From contig NC_068984.1 in NCBI RefSeq assembly GCF_001194135.2, forward strand, positions 39,727,434-39,791,433: a stretch of 64,000 nt of DNA. The letters are read 5' to 3'. This document shows, in pieces, positions 55,116-64,000 of this stretch (positions are counted from its first letter, which is position 1; each line of letters starts with the position of its first letter). The notes beneath the pieces are model-generated. The model saw only the letters and a program-made list of their open reading frames with translations. It had not been told where the DNA came from and searched no databases. The stretch is from Octopus bimaculoides (taxonomy: Eukaryota). Both the position numbers and the translations under genes were made by a program.

Positions 55116-57229
55116 CACACACACATAGTGTATATATAAATGCTAAAATAAGGTTATTTTACAAACATACACACATAACATTTTAAAATTAAATTTTAAA
55201 TTAAATCCATTCCATAAATATTTGAAAATATCTTACCCATTATAAAGAGATTATCAACATTAGGTAACATCTTAACAGCTAAATAGTAAAATATTAATTT
55301 GTTGGTGATGATAGTGAGGTGTTTTCCTTTTTTAAATTACTTAATTTTCTGGTGTCTGTCACTATCCAAAGGAGCAACATTAGTTTATTTCATAGGTGTT
55401 ATATGAGCTGTGCTCAGTTCAGCAGTTATCCATCTGTTGTTGAGAGTTTTTTTTCTGTCATGTTATTACTGGTATCCTTTGTATTTTTCCCAGCATCTTT
55501 AATTTTCCCACTTATATACTTTATTTGTATCACAATATTAAGAGGTTTTAGCTTAAGATAGAGGGTTCTTTTTCTTTTCTTTTTCTTTTTTTTTTTTGTG
55601 GTGTTAGGTAGGGATTGTATCCATAACCTTTGCAGGTTCTCCAAGACTATTCAGATTTATGTGGTTGATGATAAGCACTTGAACCGCTGCAATTGGATGT
55701 CTGTAGATAAGAAGATCACATTCTTGAAACTCAGAAAATGGTTTTAAAGACCCACTAAAAGTGAAGAATAATCAATTAACTTAGTCACTGTAATATTGAT
55801 ATTTGCTTCAAGCCTTGAGGCATGTAAACAAAAATTCAACTTCTTGAGATTTGAATGTAGAACACTGTGTCATGGAATTTTTTAATGTAACTCTAGTAGT
55901 CTAAATTTCTAAATTATTTCGCCTATATCTTCATTTTCTTGGTAATTGAAATAATTTTTTAGAGCTACAAACAGAAACAAAGGATATGTCTGTTGTAAGT
56001 AAAATAAAATGTCTCTTGCCTTATACTAGATAATTTTGCTGAGCAGAACCATTCTACAAATAATTATCAACAATTATTTTTTAGATTAGAAGTCAGATCA
56101 TTAGTGATATCAAAAGGAGAATAAAATGTTGTTATATCTTTCATAGGATCAATGAAATTATTAGTTCAGAAAATTGAACTATTCAACTGAAAATTAAATC
56201 CAAGCCAAAAATTCTCTTTACTTAAGTTACCATTATTCTATCTGATCTATTATAATAATAATTGTTTTCTTTGATTTAAAAATATGTAACCTGAGATCTT
56301 AGAAAATGAAATGACAAATTTCAATGTTTGTGGAATTTTTTGTTTCTCATGTTTCAGTCAAACATGGTCAGTTAAATTTATTTAGGAGAAACTAATATTA
56401 TTGCAGGTTTTTAAAATTATATCTAAAACCTTTTCAATTCTTTCTATTTCTCTATTGTATTTTTAAAATACTTTTAAAATCTTCTATAATAGCTATTGCA
56501 TTGATATATTCTTTGTATTTTATTACTATGTATTCTGTAAGTATACTGGCAAATAGATACATTCTTGGAATGGAAATATATAACTAAAGTAATTGAGGTA
56601 TCCAGAAGGTGACACAATAATTAATCTTAGCCAACATAACAGCTACAGTTATTTCTGCTAATCTAGAATGCAGTTTATATAGAACCTGTTGATATTAGCT
56701 GTGGTCAAGGCTGTTCAAATTTATGATGCGAATAGCCTAACCATTTACAACACTGATTTCAGAAAACCGGCTAACCACCTAATTACTGACAACCAGGTGA
56801 GCATGCAAGACAGATAGACTTCACATACACCAGGAAATGGGATAGACAGATGATTGTGAAAATTAAGTCTTTCCATTGACGAAAAATGAACCACTCAGTA
56901 TAGACTAACGATAAGCAGCTTCGGAGTTATATTGAAGCTGAAAGCTCTCTCTGCTAGACATAAATTCAGAAAAGTTCTTAATGATGTATATATGTCAGAA
57001 CAGTTTGCCACTGATGTATATATGTCAGAAGAGCCACTGATCAGATCTGGTACCAACCAGATTGAAAGTTACATGATAGTCGAATGGTACAGTAGACAGA
57101 ATTATAAAAGCTTAGAGTCAGGCCAGGAAGGATTGAAAGAAAGAGGGGAACACTATCAGATAACTGGAAGAGAAGATAGATGTCAGGTATATTTAATAAG
57201 GAGAGAAGTTGATTAGGAAGGGAATTAGC

Positions 57230-57670
57230 TTAGATATGATGCAGTTGGGGTTTGTACCAGGACAGTGTACTACTGATATCTGCTTCCTAGCAAGACAACA
57301 ATGAGAGAAGTTCTTGTTTTGAGCAAGTCACTCTACCTGGCATTGATTAATTTGGGGAAGGTCTTCCAGAAGGTATTACAATATATAATCAGGTGATCTT
57401 TAAGAAAGTTAGATATAGATGAGCAGTGTGTGAAAGTAAAGCAAACTATATACAAAGATACTGTCAGTAAGTTATGAATTTGCAATGAGTTCAAAAGGAA
57501 TTTAGTATGCTGTAAGTTTTGTCAAGGCTTGGTTCTCATCCCTTTCATGCTATTATAGTTCTTCAGGTCATAACAGAGGAGTTTAAGATTTGTTTCATGG
57601 GAACTCCAGTATGCCAATAACTTAGTTCTCATAGCTGAATCTGTAGAATATTTAGAGGATTTTCAAACTC
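57230..57670 (+). mobile_element. Very decayed RTE RT-core fragment
   Basis: Broken CQG.VL.P....IIVLQVITEEFK...WELQYANNLVLIAES (YADD region). Confidence 0.65.
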
Positions 57671-58334
57671 AGAAACATAGCCATGGGACACCACAAAGTA
57701 AATCTGGTGAAGAGATGGCAAGTGACTGAATCAAGTCACAAGAAAATATGCTGGAGAAGATTTGTTCAACCCTTGTTAGCATGAAAAACATGAAAATGCT
57801 GATAATGCTTATGCATATGATATGATGTACACCCTTAATTCATTAGGTTGTAGAGGCACCACTTAAACATGCTTTTACTCTAAATTTTATACATGTGTTG
57901 CCATAGTGTACATGTTTTATGACTGGGTACTTCACCTATCAGCAAACATGAGTCAACAAGAGCATCTATAGGATTACTTGATATACTTGAAATAACCACC
58001 AGATTTCTCTCAAACCATATTCTATCATTTTAGGTTATGTGCAACTGGAATGCAAATTAGTTTTGATTATTTTCAATTATGATGTAAGATTGAGGGTATA
58101 CTTGAGTCATATATTTGATTGAATGTTTCCATGGGGTCTTTTCGGGTGTTCATCATAATTTTTTCCTTGAGCTCTTTGAAGGTTTCTTTACTGTTTTAGA
58201 TTTTATTTGTGGAATCTTATGTTTTGCATATGCAGGTTCTGTTGTAATGCTTTCATTGGTTTGTGGTAGATCATCTTTTTATTTATTGTCAGTTGTTTTA
58301 TTTTCATTATGTATCTTTGGAAATGTGCTGTGCG

Positions 58335-58745
58335 TGAGAAGACCCGGCAAGCCAAGTAAGATCGTTGCCAGTGCCCCTGGACTGGTTCTTGTGCGGGTGG
58401 CACATGAGATGCACCATTTTGAGCGTGGCCGTTGCCAGTACCGCCTGACTGGCTCCCGTAGGATTTTCGAGCTAGATCGTTGCCAGTGCCCCTGGACTGG
58501 CTTGTGCGGGTGGCACATAAAAGACACCATTTCGAGCGTGGCCGTTTTCGTGCGGGTGACACGTAAAAGCACCCACTACACTCTCTGAGTGGTTGGCGTT
58601 AGGAAGGGCATCCAGCTGTAGAAACTCTGCCAAATCAGACTGGAGCCTGGTGTTGCCATCCGGTTTCACCAGTCCTCAGTCAAATCGTCCAACCCATGCT
58701 AGCATGGAAAGCGGACGTTAAACGATGATGATGATGATGATGATC
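58335..58745 (+). mobile_element. Orphan 3' UTR and tail of an RTE LINE with tandem sub-repeats
   Basis: Repeated gatcgttgccagtgcccctggactgg..gtgcgggtggcac..accattt.gagcgtggccgtt units, then the standard tail and (gat)n. Confidence 0.88.
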
Positions 58746-59849
58746 TTTCTGTGAGTTAGTTCTGTTTCAATTTTTAGCATCTTGTTATTGCTTATTGTAC
58801 ATTCACAAATGTTCACAGTCATATTACATATTTTTCCTCAAGAGACAAGCATTTCTATTCAGTGTTGACCTATGAGAGGACACCATATGTTACTTTATTT
58901 TCACATCATGATTGCAATGTGCTCACACTACTAAATTCATTATATATCCTGACTTGGCCAGTCATACTTTTGTTGCTCATTGATTGATTTATGTGTATAG
59001 AGGATTTGTTTTTAAAATGGCATTTGGTTTTATTGTAAGTTCAGTCGTTTCATTTTATTGTGTCTGTATTCAAAAGTTCATTTCATTTTGCCTTGTTGCT
59101 TGAAGAGATTATTTGTTCCTTATTCTTTCATACATGCTATTTAAATAGTATATTTATGTGTAACAATCACATATAATACACATAAGATTCAGTTGTAATT
59201 AGTGAGATCAGTTTGTTATATTTATATTCAAAAGTTCCATACACTTCTGAGTCAAAAGGTTGGTGGCAAGAAGGGCATCCAACACTGCTTCAGAAAAAAA
59301 AACTCATCCAACCCATGCTAGTATGGAAAATTAGATGTAAAACACTGATGATTATTTTGTGTGTAATAATCACATGTAATACATAAAATAAGTGTCATGT
59401 GTACTTACTGGAATCTTTATTGTATTACTTTCTTTGGGTTACTTTTTTTAAATTTTGGCATTGAATTTGTTTTTGTTGCTTCTACTAGTTGTGTTGTTGT
59501 TATTGTTTGCCATGAGTGGTTGTCTGTAATAGAGCTCCAGAGAAAAACTGGATGTTGCAGAGAGATAAGCATGAGCCACAAATGTGGTAGCAAAGAATAC
59601 ACCAACAAAAATAGAAAAAAAATTAATAGATCATCAGGGAAAAAAATTATGACAACTGAAATTGAATAGCCAGTTGTAAACATGGACATTTACAGTTTGA
59701 CAAATACATGAGGAAAAGAAATGGTGATTACCAAAATTTTAAAAGCAAAAACAATAATAATAGCAATACATCTTTTGCTAATGATATGTTTTCAGAGGGA
59801 AAAAGTAGACATAGATCAATTCCTCCCAAAAGACATATAGAGTAAGTAT

Positions 59850-60700
59850 GTCATATAACTAAGACATGTAGGAGAGGTATGTAACTAAAGACTTTGCCTC
59901 CTTACCAAGCAATTTCATCAAAGAAGGAACAAGGGAGGCAAATATTCTCTGTTTCTCAGCATTTTTATAGGCAGAGCATACAAATATGTGAATGGCCTTA
60001 AGACTGTGGATGAGGTGAGAAAATATAGAAATGGTGTATCATAAACCTGCCCACTAGCCGATACTACAGTGTATGGGAAAATGAAGCACAAGGGTCATGA
60101 TCTAAAGATGTTAATATAGGCATTGAACCCTTGATTTGACATCATTTTTTCAGTACATTACAGACAGGTGATGAGTGTGGGAATGATATACCACAAACTG
60201 TAGTCAAGTGACCACCAAAGGCTACAAAGATATCCTAAAGTTGTACTGCATTGTGGGAGCAAATAAGAAAGGCAATCACAGTGGTTGTGTTGTGAGAAAG
60301 CCTAGTTGTTGCACTTGTGGGTGTAAAGCCCACATAAAGGCTTTCTGCTTGAGAAGGAGGAGAGGAAAGTTATCAGCAAGTAACATCAGAGGCAGCAATA
60401 ACAATAGCAGGCAGGCACTATAAACTTCTGAGGATATGCAGGGCAGAATAATTTGCTTTGTCCTCAGTGTTAAAGGGTCCAATGCGAAAGTAGAGCTCTA
60501 AGAAGCTAACAGGTCTCCTTCATCAGCAGAGAGCCAACCACAAGGTACTACCAGGATGCCACATTATCTTATAAAATTTTGCTAAAATGAAAAGTGCTCA
60601 GGAGCAATTGTGGAAAGCTCTGCTTATGGAAGTGATTGGAACAGAAGATGGTCATGGTTGCAAGGTACTTGACCTCATCTAGGTGGTGGCTCCTCTTTGT
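59850..60700 (-). mobile_element. Probable decayed CR1/Jockey-like LINE fragment
   Basis: Minus-strand ..YFLTSST/FSPHP.. segment resembles the C-terminal part of the 7.4-9.5 kb relic; similarity is weak. Confidence 0.4.
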
Positions 60701-61945
60701 GTTGGTAGATTGCTCTTTTTTGTTTTATTTGTATTTTTAATGTCTTCAGATGTTGTATTATGGTTTTTCCCCATACTCCGTTTACATATATAATATCCAC
60801 TTGCACAGACACACATATATGAATGAGTTTGGTTGGTAAATACTGAAAAGAAGCTCATCATATGTGTGTATAGATGTGTTTCATACAAAAAAAGTATTGT
60901 TTGTCTACAAACTCCTATGTAGACATCTAACTTTGCTTGGTGGCAGGAAGTGCATCCAATTGTAATAAAACTTACTTCAGCAAATCCTGTCTGACCCATA
61001 CTTGTATGAGTCAGATATCAAAACAATAATATATATATATATGTATATATATATATTTATGCATAATCACATATCTTGTAACTTCTTTTGTTACACACGT
61101 CGTATATTAAATTATAGACCCTCTATATATGCCTTTTATCATAATCAGTTCCTTGTTTCAGCTCATGTCAATAGCTGCTTAATCAAGATTTGTTTTGAAT
61201 TTCTTTACTCACAGTTCGGAATTATTTTATTGATTGATCACTGCTTTTTATAGTTCTGCTTGTGCATGATATTCTCAATAAGTATATTGGTATCTATAAT
61301 TTTGTTTTGTAATAATTTCATTCTTTCTTGAAAGAAGGATCTCAGCAAGTTATAAGAAATATTTTTTTCACTTATTCTCTGGACCTGTTTTATGGTATGC
61401 ATCAAAGTTGTGGCATGTGCTATTTAACATCTATCACTATTTGGAGTGTATAAAGTTTGCTTGGCTTTCGATTTACCAGTTATAGAAATGATCATCTTGG
61501 TTGCTATTCTTTCTTTTTCATCTTTTAGGCTTGTAGCATTTCATTGGGATCAAAAGATAAATGAATTTCTATCTCAGTAAACCCAATGAATTAAAACTCA
61601 GAAATCATATTCTCTGATAAGTTTTTCTAAGTTTCTTTGAATTTCCATGGTATTTTCATTATTTTTGGTAAAAATAAATTATTATTAATGCAATAAAACA
61701 TCTGAGTCTTCACTGAAACTCACTTTATTGTTACCAAGTTTCGTATCTGTATTTTTATGTTGGTATCAGTTGATAAAGCGTCAAAAAGTTGTCATCTGTT
61801 TTCTAATCAATATATTCAATTATGCAACTTGATAGATTTCTCTGCAAAAGCTCACTTTTTACTATTAACAAGACAATACTATACAAAATTGCATTAATAA
61901 TATATAACTGCTTTCATTTGTTAGCCACTGATTCTTGAAAGTTAT

Positions 61946-62176
61946 TTAACCATTTAGCATTCAGATTACTCTGTCAAATGTAATGCTTATTTATTCACAT
62001 TTTTTTTTTAAATTAATCATTTATTACATTGTAGCTTAGAGATTTTGAAGATGTGATTGTTTATTTTTAGAATGACATTGCAGGGTAGATGTGAGATGCT
62101 GGAGATGGCTAGTTTGAACATAAAACAAGTATACTATTTGGGTCAGATATGGCCAGTTTAAATGCTAGAGAGTTAA
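61946..62176. mobile_element. Second TTAA-flanked MITE family (piggyBac-like)
   Basis: TTAA|ccatttagcatt ... aatgctagagag|TTAA. Confidence 0.7.
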
Positions 62177-63630
62177 GTTTAATCTATTACATCTCCAAAC
62201 TACATCCAGCTTTTCTAACTTCAAGCAATTGTACCATTCTATAAATCTTGTTACTATTCATTTATTAGATTGAAAACATAAGCAAATGGCATCATTAAAA
62301 AAAATTTACAATTATTTTAGGCGGTTCTATTGATGTTAACTGCCATCTGATAAGGCCACTTTTTCAAAAGTAATTTTATATCACTAAATATATTTCATAA
62401 AATATCACTCAAAAGAAACTCTTAAAATTTTTTAAAAGCAGTTTCAAATTAAACACCACTACTCTTGTAACTTTTTGTTTATTTTTATGGCGGGAAGTCT
62501 TCAGATTTCTATGTTTTAATTACAAATGTATATAGAGAAATATAAATAAATGCATCTAAAAATAGCAGTTAGTTGAAAAGATAGACCTTAAATAAAACTA
62601 AATCAACAGAAATATATCCAGTTTAATGGTTTTTCTCTCGGGCATTTTTTAAAAAGGCTGCACTCATACTGTCATAAGTTGCATTGACCATTCAGAAATG
62701 ATATATTTAGCCCTTCAGAAAGTTACACTTAGTCCCTGAAAAGACTGCAAGCTCCCTATCTCTGACATAACCCATTTTATATCATCACAAAAAACTTATA
62801 TTACTAATGCACTTTAGGTTTCAGCAATATTATATCTTGAGTGTTGAGGAGGTGGGGTATAGCCTAATAATTCTTGTTTTTTTTCTGTTTTTGCATTTTT
62901 ATTTTGACAGAATTTCAAGTTTGCCCATTGTTTATTTAAATTATAATATTCCTTTCATCATTTAACCTAGTTACAACTAAACCCATCAAATCTGAATATC
63001 TAGGATTACTAACTTTTTTTCTTTTTACCATTTCCTTTTTGAATAACTTAATGATAAATGACTTTTAACTGCTTTGATCCCAGTCAGTTGTTAAGGGTTT
63101 TTTTGTTTCTTGTTTGTTTGTTCTGTTGTTTTTTTTTTCTGAATAATTTGTATCAATTTTTGTGTTTTAATTTTATATATATTCTTCTTTGTATAAGTAG
63201 GTTTGTTTATATTTTGATTATTTATATACTGTTGGAACATTCCTTACATTTAACATTAATGTGTTGTATCAACAAATTAAATGATGCATAAGTAATGTTA
63301 TTCTTTGAAGCACAACATAATGGTTTGAGCAAACATAGTCAATTCTTCCATAAATGTATGTGTATGCATGACAGGGACAGAGAAATAGTAGATTGACTGG
63401 TTAATAGATTGCCTTTCATTACATTTTTCCTGGAATATGGCATATATTATTTAGCTAGCGTCATTACAAAAAGTAAAATGGTGCACCTCTTTTATTTCTT
63501 CTGCCAAGATTTTTGTTACTTAAATTTGCTTAAGTTAGTTTAAAGGAGATATGAAAGATTCTCTGAGAGAAAGTCATTAGATTTGGTCAGTGTATTGGAT
63601 GTAGAAGTTGGCTGATATAAATATATATTT

Positions 63631-64000
63631 CATTCAGGTTCACGACACTGCTTACCCCCATCCCAGGGTTACACGGGCCCACTCCTCCCACACTGTCAGG
63701 ATTGGCACTCTCAACGTCGGCACGCTGAAAGGTAGGTCTGGTGAGATTGTTGAGATGCTTGAACGGCGACACGTAGATCTGTGCTGCATCCAAGAAGTAA
63801 GATGGAGAGGAGGTTCTGCGAGGTTCCTCACAGGCAAAGAACACAGGTACAAGATTTTCTGGGCAGGAAACACTGACGGGGTCGGGGGCGTAGGAATACT
63901 TCTAGCAGAGAAATGGGTTGATAAGGTAATCGAGGTAGTTAGAGTATGTGACAGAGTACTTAAGATTAGACTAGTGCTTCATCATAGGCTAGCTACTGTC
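63631..64000 (+). mobile_element. 5' part of a young-looking RTE LINE (AP endonuclease domain), running off the window
   Basis: Abrupt GC/CpG rise. Stop-free frame 63638-64000: ...RIGTLNVGTLKGRSGEIVEMLERRHVDLCCIQEVRW...GVGGVGILL..W. Absent from the ORF track because there is no stop before the window edge. Confidence 0.93.

Overview
Eukaryotic, AT-rich, repeat-dense scaffold with two N gaps. The repeat families suggest a coleoid cephalopod, probably Octopus (inference from recalled repeat families, not a database search). The only host gene I can support is a + strand R3H-SUZ RNA-binding protein of the R3HDM1/R3HDM2/ARPP21 (Drosophila encore) family. Nine coding exons from 19027 to 48997 splice with consistent phases into 1131 nt (377 codons) with no stop, so the C-terminus lies beyond the window or in exons I could not recognise. 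Most of the rest is intron or intergenic DNA filled with mobile-element relics: RTE-clade LINEs, a CR1/Jockey-like LINE, a Ty3/Gypsy relic, mariner and pogo/Tigger elements, TTAA-flanked MITEs, tRNA-derived SINEs and microsatellites. There is no prokaryotic system and no CRISPR array. The best leads, all hypotheses, are: a young-looking sense RTE LINE that begins at a phase-0 splice acceptor in frame with the SUZ exon; inverted LINE/SINE copies bracketing frame-symmetric exon blocks; a hairpin formed by tail-to-tail retroelements; a PHD-like Cys/His module inside RTE ORF2; an exact 302-bp duplication; and possible short isoforms. I cannot confirm a new biological system from sequence alone.
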